From Geosiphon pyriformis uo1 (lineage: Eukaryota > Fungi > Glomeromycota), in the NCBI GenBank assembly GCA_016748015.1, contig JAAOMT010000261.1, positions 12,733-76,732 of the forward strand: 64,000 nucleotides of DNA, read 5' to 3'. A program made the translations under genes and the position numbers. The notes under the pieces were generated by a model. It saw only the letters and a program-made list of their open reading frames with translations. It searched no databases and was not told the origin of the DNA. Below are positions 11,009 through 24,600 of the stretch, in pieces (within the stretch, counting starts at the first letter, position 1; the number at the start of each line of letters is the position of its first letter).

Positions 11009-12265
11009 ATGATCATAATGAACGAGGAGGGAGATTATAACCATGATCATAGGGATTCTAGAAATGAAGTTATACCTGACGATGTAAGATGCTATCGCGA
11101 AAAAGAGTATTGGGATGCGAGATATATAAAGTAAGTTTTCACATTATCGTTTCAAAATCTTGTGCCTCAATCTCACGTACTATTCTTAACATCATCATCA
11201 TGATAAAAGAGAGATGATTCAAAGAAATAATAAAAACAAAGATCAGGAATCAGGGCGAATGAATGCGGCGACTTTTGATTGGTTCAAGACATTCGCCGAA
11301 TTAAAACCATTGTTCAATCAGCACCTTCCTCCTCCTTTGTTTGTTTCTTCGGCGTCTAGTTCCGCGTCACCAAATATTTTGATACTGGGTTGTGGAAATT
11401 CAAGTATTTTGACCAATTTCTCTTCCTTCCTGTTCGGGTATCCATTTCTTTTTGGTTATTGGTTTCCATAAGGTGTGATTTGAATTTCAGCACTATCTGA
11501 AGAATTATACGATGTCGGATACAAAAACATAACCAACATCGACTTTTCGCCGGTTGTTATTAATCAAATGCATGAAAGGTGTTCAAAAACTCATGGACAG
11601 ATGAAATGTAGTTTGAAATCGATGTTTTATTAGCTTCGAATTAAGGTGGGGAGAATACTACTATGATTAAAATGTAATTATATTATTATCTATTATCCTC
11701 ACTATACAGGGGAAGTAATGGATGTCAGATCTCTCACATTTCCCGATGCTTCATTCGATATTGTAATAGATAAAGGTACTAATTTAGGATAAATCAATTG
11801 TTTTTGTATATCAAAATACAAAGCTCACCAAGGAATGATTATAGGCACAATGGATGCGTTATTATGTGACAAAGGTGACGTGTGGAATCCGGCCGATGAT
11901 GTGATTGAAAATGCGAGGCAAGAGGTGGATGAGGTTGTGAGAGTCTTGAAACCTGGCGGAAAGGTACTTGATAAAATGATAACGGTGGTTTATTTTGTGA
12001 AAAAATTCAATTTAAATAACCTTAATTTTATCAGTTCATATACATCACGTTCGGTCAACCACATTTTCGCCGCCGCCATTTAGAACGAGATTGTTGGAAG
12101 ATTGAGTTGATAACGATAGGTATAAGGATTTTCGAATCTTATTTAAGGCTTTTTATTCATAAATCTGAGCCTTACCAAAATATGCACTGATTTGATATAT
12201 CAATTTCAGGCGATGCATTTCATTATTTCTTTTACCACATGACTAAGGACTTGCTAATTACTTAA
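11009..12265 (+). CDS. EEF1AKMT4: EEF1AKMT4/ECE2-N-like class I SAM-dependent lysine methyltransferase, 7 exons
   Basis: Approximate exons 11009-11130, 11225-11403, 11491-11607, 11710-11775, 11845-11963, 12035-12119, 12210-12265 with GT..AG introns. Motifs EYWDARY, FDWF, ILILGCGNS, NITNIDFS, VMDV, FDIVIDKGTMDAL, RVLKPGG, FGQPHFR. The exon 2 acceptor is uncertain. Confidence 0.88.
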
Positions 12266-12379
12266 TGGAATTACTAGTAGAAGAGGAAAAAAACAAGAAC
12301 ACAACGAATAGAAAAGCAGATATTGTTTTTACCTTTTATTTGGCTAAATAGTATCTTCTCGATAATATGTAACGCTCAA

Positions 12380-14575
12380 CTAAAATGTTGGCTTTAAACG
12401 AAGTTTCAAAAACAATTTCACCGGTCTTTTGAGAACCCTCGAGATTTCTTCTTGTGCGTATTCTACTACCTCATTGATGATATTCCCCCTTTTTCCTATT
12501 ACTATTTTCTGTTTTTATGCAAAAAAAGTTCAAGGTTTTTAGCAGAATTTTTTTGATTAAAGTAATTAGAGAGTTTTCATTTCAATAATTGCTTAAACCT
12601 CTTGTGATTCTTTCCCAACAAGAATATACTGATCTATTCTTAAAACCCCATCCTCACGTATGGTCCATCCAAAATTCTCCTACAGGAAAAAATACTCTTG
12701 TTCACGAATAAAAATTATCGCGATTTATTCAAATTAAAGGATCGTAAGCCTAAAATACCTGTTTTATAATATAAGGTAAATAGCCATGCAATCTCTTAAA
12801 AAACTCGGCACGAATTAACTCTTCAACCATCTTTAAATCCGCCATTTCTGTCTTTTGATTCGGAGGGTAAAGCCAATCATGGGGATAAGTTTTCGAGAAA
12901 AGAAGATCCTGGAATTTGATTAAATGATTGGTTTTTGAGTCTGCTGTTTTTATTTCAAAACCTAAAAATAAAATAAAAAAAGTTACCTTCATTTGTGTCA
13001 AACCCTGCTTAGTGACCGCCGATATTTTGATCGAGTCAGAAATACTTTCATAAAGGCCACAATATTTTTCAGTTACACTTCTGAGAACATAATGATCTGC
13101 TGCGTTTAATCTATCAATCTTTTGATGGAAAAAAAGATTACCATTAAAATTTAAAAATATTTATATTTTATTCTTACGAAGTTCAAATTATAATATAATG
13201 TGAAATATAAATTGTTTTTCTCGCCTTGTTGAATATTAAGGTTGCGGGGACATTATAATCTTTGAGCCTTTCAAACATCAACCTTTCGGTGAAAGTTGAT
13301 GGTGCCTTGATAGCTCGATAGGCGTCTATTAAGATCAACACTATTAATTGCAAGTATTTAAGGAATTAGGTGCGTTGAATTTAGAAATTAATACAAAAAT
13401 GTCTAGCTCATAATTTCTTACAATGATCAACTTGAGATAATGAATGCCATGATGCATTCACTAGGTCACGATTTATCCGCAAGCGATTACGTCCAATTAC
13501 TACACCGGGGGTATCTATAAAAACCTTTTAACCGAATCTGTGTTAAAAATTTCGTTCTCCTACCCATTGAAAAAATAAGGCAAAAATAATTGGAAAAGAA
13601 TACCAAACAATTTGCTGATTTTTTTCGGTCATTACTGCCAAAGTCTGTTCACGTGTAGTATGCGGCTTGTCGGATACAATTGATACCTAGAATCAAAGTA
13701 AAACAAAATGAAAAAATCCCAAAATTATAGGAGCTGAATGGGATGAAATCTTACCGTTTCCCCGATCAATGCGTTCAACATTGTAGACTTTCCGGCGTTT
13801 GGTGCACCAAGAATTGAAACTTTTAATAGCTTTGAATTCTCAGGTTGAATGAAATTCTTTTGTGGCACTTTTGGAAGTCTTACTTCGACACCTGCAGGAA
13901 AAAGCATTTTAAAATAAACGAATTGTTTCAGTTCTTGAATATAATATATATTTACCCGCCTGATTTATCGCAATTGGGAGTCTTAAAGTCGATTTTCTTG
14001 GTGCCTTTCTAACAGCAGCAATTACACCCTTCGGGATCATAGAAAACTTGGATATTTCTATCACTTTCATAGCTGATGAGGCGAAGAATTTTAGACAGGA
14101 AAATATAATTCAATAAATAAATGTATTTCTCAAAGAATTACCAGGCTCATTTTTTTCTATTGGTAAACTTGATTGGTTTGGAAGTGGCTTTTTCAATAAT
14201 TTCCCAAGCCCAGTGAAGACACCGTTGGGAATCTTGGAAAGTTTAGAAAATTCTCGAGGTTTCTCTTCTGAAGATGTAGAATCTGAGGCTTCACTTTTTG
14301 GTTGCTCTGAGAGAGATGATTTTTCCTCTTTTAACCTAGAACCAGAGAAGGGTGATGAGCCTGCGAGAGTTCGGTTACGAGAAACTATGGTGTAACTCCG
14401 ATGAGAATGAATCTGCCATAGTAGCGGTACCTCTAGTCCAAGGGTTCAAGGAAGTTCTATGGTGAGTCACGAACACATTTACTTGAAAAATGAGCTAGAA
14501 TTCTAACAATGTTTTCTTAAAGAAACTCTTACTTTTTCGCAGGATTATCGAGAAGAGTTGTTTGTTGAAGAACAT
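12380..14575 (-). CDS. era: Era-family GTPase (ERAL1-like, predicted mitochondrial), about 10 exons
   Basis: G1 GAPNAGKS, G2 KPHTTR, G3 DTPG, G4 NK|ID across an intron, ISA, ELIRAEFF..LPY, KH-domain KIVIGKRG. Inferred start MFFNKQLFSIILRK spliced to VPLLWQIHSHRSY, a presequence-like stretch. Confidence 0.9.
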
Positions 14576-14699
14576 TAGAAACTCGGAAAATTATGCACGT
14601 GCAATTTTCTCAACATATTTAGTTTTGTTAATCTAGGATGACTCACAAATACCTATCACCATTTTGTATAACATAAAATGTGATAAAATATAAATTAAA

Positions 14700-14870
14700 T
14701 GTTTTGTCTTCAAGGAATGGTATGGTGAATCTTTAAGATGGCTAAATTGGCTAAGGCTAAAACAGTGGATTTGGTAAGAGGTTTTCTGATAATTTATTGT
14801 GAAAGAGTTTGGTTGCCCATAGCAAAAATGAGGGCAAACATTAAAAGAATGGTTTTAATAAAAAGTAATC
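14700..14870 (+). mobile_element. Short 3' LINE ORF2 remnant upstream of era
   Basis: VFKEWY...KTVDLVRGF...VWLPIAKMRANI resembles FVFDNWF...KIVKFVHSF..DI.SVCAKHCAYME at 25990-26150. Confidence 0.55.
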
Positions 14871-15422
14871 ACTCGGTATATATAGACTTAATAATTAGTT
14901 TAAATGACAGATTATGTATAAAAAGCATTTATTATAGAACGTGTATGTTGTATACAAATAATTATTATTTTAAATAAAAAGATTTTAATGCTGTATTTTT
15001 TATTAAAATTAATTATTAATTAAAAGCAAAATTAAAAAAAGTTAAATTTAAAATAAGTAATAACTTATTATTATAAATAACAGATTTTAACTTTATTAAA
15101 ACAAATTTATTAAACATTTTAAAAAACAGTTTTAATATTGTTAAAAAATATATTAAATAAAATATTACAAAATATAATAGTAATAAAAGTTAAAAATAAA
15201 AATAAAAACTATAAAAAAATTTTTAACAAATTAAAAAAAGCTTTTATAATACTAGTTAAAAGTAAATACAAAAATTATTTTTTAAATATTTGTAATATAA
15301 AAATTAATTAATTATAATTAATTATAATTAATTGTATTAAATATAAAAAATACAAAATAATAAAAAATTTATTTTGTAAACAGAATATTGGTTAAATTAA
15401 ATTAATAATTTAGAATAAAAAA

Positions 15423-15454
<32 letters not shown>
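15423..15454 (+). repeat. (ATT)n microsatellite
   Basis: About 10 tandem ATT units. Confidence 0.8.
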
Positions 15455-15456
<2 letters not shown>

Positions 15457-15681
15457 TATTTATAAACAAATAGCTTAATCAAAAAATTTAATAGAAACAT
15501 TAAACAAAATCAGCCAAAAAAATCAAAAAGAATAAATTTTATTTATATTATTAATATTATTTACTTATTAAACAATAAAGTAAGATGTAATTCAAATATT
15601 ATTTAAGTTAATATATAATAAAAAAACAATATTATCAATAAAAATCAAGATAACAACATATTTAAATAAATTAATAATTAA

Positions 15682-15912
15682 TGTTATAATTTAAAAATTT
15701 AGTAAAAATTATAAAATAATATAAAATATTTAATCATAATATAACACAATAATAATTTTAAAAAAATATAATAATAATTATTAAATAGTATTAATAACAA
15801 GTACTATTTTGTAATAATAGTAAATATTATAATACAATAAACACTATATTAAAATATTAAAAATAAAGTATTATAATATTTTTAATAAAACTATAAATAT
15901 ATATATATATAA
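15682..15912 (+). repeat. Extremely decayed LTR family C 5' portion
   Basis: tgttataatttaaaaatttagtaaaa..tatttaatcataatataacacaataataat aligns to LTR C at 715 with nearly all G>A and C>T changes. Confidence 0.7.
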
Positions 15913-18080
15913 TATTTTTAATTTTTAATCTTTTATGTTAATTATTTTTTAATTTTCTAGCTTTTATTAATAATTATTTACATTAAATTATTAGTTAGCA
16001 ATTATTTTTAAATAAATTTTTATTAAAAAAATAAGAAATAATATTAAAAATTAAATTATTACAGTAAAAATATTAAAATTTATTTGTATTATTTATTAAA
16101 TAAAATTATTATTTATTAATTAAATTAATTAAAAGAAAACTTTTTTTCTTGTTAATTTTTTGGTTATGGCAAAAATATAAAATTGACAAAAAAATAGCTT
16201 TTTTTATTTTTTTTTTCCCTGTTTTTTTTTAGTTATTTTTTTTAATACATCTTTTTTTGTAAGAATAAAACTAGTAAATTTTTTTGTTAATAGTTTTGGT
16301 TCTAATTTAACTGGTTTGGAGACCCACTCAACACCAAAAAAAAACATGTGAAAAATATCTATTTTTATAATCCATCTTATAAAAAGTCAAAGAAACTTGA
16401 TACTGGTAATAGTATAATTAACTTATTTGTTAGTTTTTTAAAATTAGAAAATATTGGTGGTTCTAATAAAAAGTCTGTGATATTTTAGAAAAGCAAAGTT
16501 GGTAGTGAAACTAGTAATGTTAACAGTTTATTAAATATAAAAAATAGAAAAAACACAATTACAAAAGAAATAAGCTATATTAATTTAAACACTTTAAAAA
16601 CTAATAACATATTAGATAATATTATTTTAAGGTTAATACACACTAGAATATATGTGTTAGATCAATCACTAAATAAATTTTTCTTTAATAAAATAAATAA
16701 CAATAATAATATGTTAATGTTTTTAGTTCTTAAGTTTGATAAATCTCAAAAATTGCTATTGGTTAAGTTATAAAACAAAAAAATTAGAAATATTAATATA
16801 GTAAAATCTTTTATATTAAATATTAAGCTTTTTATTGTGTCTAAAAGATTTCTAATAATAAATTAATAACTATAAAAAAAAATTTTATTGTATTGATAGT
16901 TTTGAGAGAGTCTTAATTTTTTTAAAATTTTCTGAAATTATTAAATTAATTTTCACATTAGAATTAAGTTTAAAAATGACTAAAAATATGATAATTTATG
17001 AAAATTTTTTTGTTAATAATAATATTAGAAAAACAAACAGTCATATGAATCGAAAAATTATTATTAAAAAAATTCCAGTTAATTTTCTTAAATTAGCTAT
17101 AAAATCTGTTTTTTTTAAGTTTGATAAAATTATATTAATTAAGATACAGATTATTGGTTTTTGGCAAAAAGCCTTAGTTAAATTTGATACTGCTAATATT
17201 GTTAATTTAGTTGTAGCTAAATAATTAATTCTTATAAGAAAGAATTTTGTTGGTATAACCAAAACTGTTGATAATAAATAAACATAAGTATTTAGAAATT
17301 AGCATTAAGCTTTGCTATATATCTTATTAGTTGGTACTACTGATTATGATTTTTTTAATTTGTTGGTATTATATGATAAAAAAACTTGTTTTATTAATTA
17401 TAATCCAAGCATATATAGACATAACAGATATGTAATTGTTTATTTTGCTAATAAAATATCAAAAAAAGCTGCTATTGGTTTTATTCCAGTTTTTAAAAAT
17501 ATAAATTTGTGTTAAACTGGTTTGTTTTTGGCTGTTTGTGTTTAGTGTAAACAGTTTGATCATATTTCTATTACATATATATCTGGTGAAAATTTTGGTA
17601 ATTGTAATAAGAAATTAATTAATTCTTAAGATTATATTTAACTAATCAATATTTATAAGAAAAAACAAGTTCTAATTATTTGGTCTATTTTTTTTAATGG
17701 TAAAACATAGGCACAAATGGCTAGTAAATTTTTATCTTTTCTTTTTTATGGACAAAATAATTTGGCAAAATTTGGTTTCTTTCCAAAGATGAAATTTCTC
17801 CTATTAATTATATTGGACATTAATAATAGTTTGCAGTTTTAAAATGCAGTTTTACTGATTTTGCAGAGCAAATTAATAAGCTGGCAAAAAAATTAAAAGC
17901 ACTTAGGCTAATAATTTTTTAGCTGTATCCTAAATATTAGTTATTAATAACTCTTTTATTACAAAATCAAAAAGTAAATATAATAATAAATAAGAATTCA
18001 GATACAGTAATTAGTGATAAAACTATAATAACAAAGATTTCCTTTGTATTTTAAGATATTATTAGATTGAAAATAAACAT

Positions 18081-18898
18081 TATTACAGTTCAAAAATTTA
18101 ATAGAAATTATAAATAATATAAATTAGCCAATTATGAAATAGCACAGCAACAATTTATAAAAAAAAATGATTTACAAATAACAGCAAGCACTATTTTACA
18201 ATAGCAGCAAACACTATCGTGCAAAAGCAGCAAGCATTATTTCACAATAGCAGTAAGCACTATTTAGAAATAATGGAAATAAAATATTACAAGACATTAT
18301 TTTGTAAAACAATAATTATATATATATACAATAGTTTTTAATGATGAAAAAGAACAAGCTTCAACTAAAAGCAACAAATATCTAAATAAAATCTTATTCA
18401 AAAAGAATTAATAAAAAAAATAATAAATTGAATGAACATCACAATTACGAGATTAACAATAGAATTCACATACTTTCTCTAGTAAATGAAACTATCATTC
18501 CATCTCTGAACTCTTTGGAAGAATAATTCCTGATTAAAATTATTTACATGGTTATTAATTAAATTGAAAAAGCTTTATTATATACTTAGAGAAATCGCAA
18601 AAAGGCCATTAATATTTCGTGTTTCTAGATTAGAAAAACACATCAGGCAATTGCAAGGATAGTCTCAAAAAAGACCCCAAACAGCGGATAGATTTTAGAT
18701 TAGTCTCTGAGAAGAAATACACAACATACAAAAACAATTAGAATTAAAGAAAAGACTTACATCACAACATCAAGAGAAAACCTTCAGTACATTATCATTA
18801 ATATCCAACACATAAAATAAAGGAACTCACGAAAGACTGATTGCAATTAAAATAGGAGATCAACAATTAAAATATACCAAGAAAACACTCCCATAACA
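18081..18898 (+). mobile_element. Solo LTR family C
   Basis: TATTACAG...CCATAACA flanked by ACAT/ACAT TSD. Confidence 0.9.
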
Positions 18899-19694
18899 AC
18901 ATAAACAATTTGTCTAATATGATTATAGACTTGTTGACCAAGATAAAAATTATTAATTTGGATTTAAATACCTCTTTTTATTAATGACTAAGTTGGTTTA
19001 AAAAGTTGCTATGTGTAATATTTAAAATATCAATGTTTCTGTTAAACAAAAAAATATTATTCTTTGATATGTGAATTTAGACAACATAATTTCTATTATT
19101 ATAAAAACAAAATTAAAATTTAATATTAGATCTTAAATTATAAATAAGCTTAATAAGATTCAAATTTTCACATCTGGTTTGAATAAAATTTTTTTTAACA
19201 CTAATATAACAGTTATTATAAACAGTTTTTTGACTTGTTATGTTTTAAAAATTAAAGAGATTCTAGATAGAATTATTTTAATCTGTTTTTTGTTTAAAAA
19301 TAGATTTTCAGTTGTGATTTTGGATTTGTATATTGGTGCTTTAATTAAAGCTAGATTTAAATAAGTGTTAATAATCAATTTTTATATTGTTAAATCAGTT
19401 AAATTCAATATTTTTGTGGTTTTAAATAGGAATTTCAATGAGAATAAATCCAAAAAAAGTGTAAGTTTTAAGTTTTGTTTAGATTTAAATTAAATCAACT
19501 TATTCAATAAATATTTAATAGTAAGATTTCTATTTAAAACAATTTCAAAAGGAAAATAAAAATAAAAAATCTTTCTCTTATTGATCTCTTGATTACAATA
19601 AGAGCTTGATTTTTTCGAAGAAGTAAATTTTCCTTCCTCCCTTACCCCTATAAGTTTCACAGTTATTTCTTCCAATGTATCTTTGTTTGTGGAT

Positions 19695-21654
19695 ATGGAT
19701 CCAGTAGACTCTTCTGCTAGTGGGTTGGTATCTATTTTGGCTGGGTTGGGGACCTGGTTGAATGTCAAAACCAAGCATCAGATGAGTGCTCATTTATGAG
19801 ATGTGTCTTATAAAAAACCCAAGAAGCTTGTTGTTGCTAGTGGTGTTGTCAAGATGTCTGCCAGCTCTCTGGTTCTTATGGATATACTTACTGATGGTAA
19901 CAAATCTGTGAGATCATGAGGCAGCAAAGTAAACAGTAAAACAAGCAGTATTAGTGGCATTTCAAACTTGGAAAACATGAAGAACATGATTGCAGAAGAA
20001 ATAAATTATGCTGATTTGAATGCTTTGGAAATCGATGATAAGATGGATAACACTACTCCCAGGAAGACATGTACTAGGACATATGTTTTAAGTAGCAAGC
20101 CAAACAAGATTTTTTTCAATGATTTAAGTGACGGCAACAACAATGTTTTGACACTTCCAGCTTTTAAATTTTCTGGTACTAAACATTTGCTGGCTGCTGA
20201 GTTATGTGTCTTGGATAAATGCGATTTTGGGCCTGTCAAATTTTTCACACTTGATGTTGAATTGTCAGCTGTACCTGGAAAGACAAATAGTAATAAATTG
20301 ATGGCAATAAAAAAAATTTTCTATCAAATTGATGAATTTGGGAGGGGCGTCAACTCCCTTAAAATTTCCTGGGGTCATTAGATCCTCCTTTACATCTGAA
20401 TTGAGTCTAAAGAAGGTTAGAGAATTGGCAACTCATGAGAAAATTGTGATAAATGTTGATGTTAGACAGGTAAACAAACATTTGGATCAGGTAATTATTG
20501 TTAAGGAGATTTCAGTTGATCTTCCCAAATCAGCTGTAGAATCTGTTTTTTTTAAATTTGGAAAGATTGTATCAATCAAGATGCAATTGATTGACTTGTG
20601 GCAAAAAACTTTAGTAGAGTTTGAGTTGTCTGAGATAGCTGATTTGGTCACAGCTAGATGGTTTGTTGTCATGGGAAAGGATTCAGTTCATGTGGTAAAA
20701 GCTATTAATAATAAACATATATGGGTATCTAGAGCTCAACACTGAGCTTTGCTTTATACTCTTCTAGTTGGTACTACGGCTCATAATCTTTTGGACTTGT
20801 TGGAGTTATATGATAGGAAAACCTGTTTTATTGGCTGTAATCCTAACTCTTATGTGTATAATAGATGTGCAATTGTGTGCTTTATTGATAAGACATCTAA
20901 ATTGGCTGCTATTGGTTCTGCTCCAGTGTTTAAGAGTGTGAATTTGCACTGGGCTGGTCTTTCTTTAGCCCATTGTGCTCATTGCAAACAGTTTGGTCAT
21001 ATCTCTACAACATGCTTATTGGATGGGAATTTTGGTATTCATAGTAAGTGGGTGGTCACTCCTTAGGATTGAGTTTGTTTGGCCAACTTATATAGGAAGA
21101 AGCAAGCACTAATTGTTTGTTCAATTTTTTTTGGTGGGAAAACTTGGGCTCAGATTGCTGGTGGTTCTTCCTCTTATATAGTTTTATTGGGTACTCTAGG
21201 TTCTAGTTTATTTTCAGGCACAAAGCTTGCACTGATAGATTCTAGTTCTTTTGATAATTTCTATTTGGTTGATTGGTTGGTCTCTTTAGAATGCTCTTTA
21301 GAGCTTCTAATGGATCAGGTTTCTGGTATTATGAAGAAATTGAGTTTTGTGAAATTGATGCTTCTGGCATCCAAATCTCTTATTCCTCCTCTGGTTGTTC
21401 TTGTATCTGTTGCACCCAATTTGGATTTTGATATGACTTTAAATATCATGATGGTGTTCCCTTCTCTATTACTGTCAATTGTTGCTGACTCAGTTTCTGA
21501 CCTTGGTCTGAGTAGTTCTAAAGTTTTAATGTCCAAAGTAAATGAATTGAAATCCAAAATAGTGGCTTTGGAGGTGTTGGTTGAATCTGTTTTGGAAAAA
21601 TTGAATCATTTGTGCTCTGGTTTAGGCTCATCAACTTCTCTTATTCCTCAATGA
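19695..21654 (+). pseudogene. LINE ORF1 (RRM plus CCHC), disrupted
   Basis: ORF fragments 19968, 20329, 20749, 21079; ends CAA TGA. Confidence 0.8.
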
Positions 21655-24600
21655 GTGATTTTGTGTAGAATATTGCGACGTGTAATGTTCATGGTATTAA
21701 TGTTCTCATCAAGTAGGAGGATGTTGTTTGTTGACATAGGAATTCTGGGAATTTGGTTTCAATTATTACAGAAACAAAGTTGAAGTCTAGCAATAGACCT
21801 TGAATTAGAGATAAGTTCAATGGAATTAGAGTTTTTTTGTCTGGATTAGACAAAGAATTTTTTGGTGCTGGAGTTGCAATTATTCTGAACACGTCTTTAG
21901 CTTGTTATGTTTGTAAGATTTCTGAAGTGCCTGGTCAGCTCCTATTAGTCAAGTTGCTATTCAAGAACAAACTTTTTATGTCTATTTTGGGACTTTATGC
22001 TGAGGTGTCTCTGGCTGTTTATTTCTCTCAGGCTAATGATATCAATTCCATGATTGCTAAGGTGGTTAATGAATCCTTGTTTGTTGTTTTGGGTGGTGAC
22101 TTTAATGAAGATGGCTCTCGAAAGAGTGCTAGTTTCAGAAAGTGTTTAGATCTTGGTTTAGTCAATTCTTTAGGTGGAAGTTCTTATGTTAAAACCCCCA
22201 CATGGGCTAACTCTCAAGATGTGGCTAAAACTATTGATTTTTTGTTTGTTTCTTCGAATTTGGCTAATGTTGTGGTAAGTCACAATGTGTTTAACATTGA
22301 AAAATTTTTTGATACTGACCATCAGGCTGTGTTTGTGGAATTGGGTGGGCTTTTGGATGTGCAACTAAACTCTTTTCACAAGCAAGCAAATAGGGACTGA
22401 TAAAAGTTTGATTTCAAGGGTGCTAATGAAGCTAAATGGAATAATTTTGAGAATGCTACATCAGCAAATACTGTGATGTTCTCAGATGAGTTTGCTGTCT
22501 CTGTTAAGTTCTCAAATTTGGATGCAATGTGGGATGTTGTTCGTAAAATTATGGTTCTCTTGGCTAATAAGGTGTTTAAAAAGAAGTGGTTTAAAGGCTT
22601 TGATGATGTTTTTACCAAGGAATCTTCAAGATATCACAAATTAAAGCTGTTGGTTTCTAAAATAGTTAAGGCTTCATGTAAAGAGAGTGCTGTAAATTTT
22701 GAGTCTTTTATGAAGTGCTAGGTTTCTTTGGACAGTATTGGGACTTCAGCTGTTCAAAACATTGTGAATTCTGGTGCAGGCTCTGGTTGGGTTTGTTCTG
22801 CTCTTTGTGGTGCTAGAAAAGCTTATTATATGTCCAAACTTGCTGAATCTTATAGGGCTAAAGAGACAACCATCAGAGCTGCTATAGATAAAAGAATGGA
22901 GAGCTTTGAGATTAATAAGAGTCATACTATCAGGAGTGTACTGGAGCACCCATTTCATAAAGTGATACTTAACCATCTGGTTGTTGATAATGAACTTGTT
23001 CTGGAATCCAATTTGGTTAATTCTAAGTTTGATGTCATCATGAAAGATTGGACTAAAAAGCATTGAGTGGTTGATGATGTCTCTGGTGATTGGTGTTGTT
23101 AATATCAATCTTTGGAATATGTTTTTGATAAAGCTTTTTCAGGTGTTATGTGTTCTATTGAGTTTGATGAACTGTTTGAGATGGTTTCTTCTCTGCCTGA
23201 TAATAAAACTGCTGATTTCTTAGATATATCAAATGAGTTTTGGAAACATTGTGATAAAGTAGTCCTGAATATGCTTTTGGTGCTTTTGAATTCCTGTTTG
23301 TTTAATAAATCTGTACCTAACTCTTGAAAAGAGGCCTGGGTCTCAATGATTCTCAAACTATATGAATGAAAAAGTGTTCTAATGAATATTTGACCTATTG
23401 CTTTGATTGAAACGGTTTGTAAAATTTTTTCCAAGATTTTCTCAGATAGGATTTTGTTGGCATGCAGCATTTTTGATGTTCTTTGTGAAGACAATTTTTT
23501 TGTTTTGAAAGGTACATCAACTTAGTCTCCCATTTTTGCAATTGGTTTGGTTATTGAGAATGCTTTAGAGAAAAATCAGGAGCTTTGGTTGGTTTTACAG
23601 AATATAAGAAAGACATGATTTGGTTGGCTGAAAGCATCTCGAAAAAAGTTTAACCAGAATTAAAATGTGCAGCAAGTTCATTTGTTTTTTCAGCAGTATT
23701 TATAAGGATTGTACCAATTGCATTATAACAGATTTTGGTTTGATGAATGGCTATCAGGTACATAATAGTCTGAACCAGGAAGAGATCTTTTCCTTTTTGC
23801 TGTAATACATATTCTATGACCCTCTGTTATGTAAAATCAAGCATTAAGAAAGTGTATATAGGTATAGGTTGAATTCTTATTTTATTTTTAAAAATGGTCA
23901 CATTGAATTCCAGGCTAAACTTTTTTTTTTTTTTGCTGCTGGCACTTTTGTTGATGATATGATTTGGGTTAGTAGTAGTCAAAATGCCACTTAACACATT
24001 TTTGATGTTGCTAGTGAATCTTTTCAGATAAATAACATTTCTATAAATAATGACAAGACAATGGCCATTCTTATCAATAGCAGGGTCGACAATTCATCTT
24101 TTTCTATCAGTGGCTTGCCAATCTTTATTGCCAAAAAGGGTGAATCTCATCAGTATTTGGGTATTTTTCTTTCAATTGAGGGTTTTTCAAAGCCTAGTTT
24201 AGCTAAGGTGAATTCAGATGTTTGTTTTTTCACCAATCTGGTTCTACGGAAGGCTGTCTCAGATAAACAGCTCTTGTATTTGGTTTCAGCAGTTCTCCAT
24301 CTTATAGTTAGCTATAGAATACAGTTTAGTTTTGTTCTTGTTGGAGTGTGTAATAAGTGGGATGCTCTTATTCACAAGGGCTTGAAACTTAAATCTGGTT
24401 TACCACTCAATTTTCTCAGTAATACAATTCATTATTCTTTCTTTTATAGTTTGAAATCTTTCTTTTAAGTTCAGTCTGAAAGTAAGATTCCCTCTCTTGT
24501 TAGTTTTGCAAACTCTGGTGGTGTTATGGGTCACTTATTTTCTTATAGATTCCATGACCTGCAAGTTTTGTGTTGGCACCCTGTTTATCTATTGAGTTCT

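Noticed and set aside
14213-14395. Independent small ORF
   Set aside because: Antisense shadow of an era exon.
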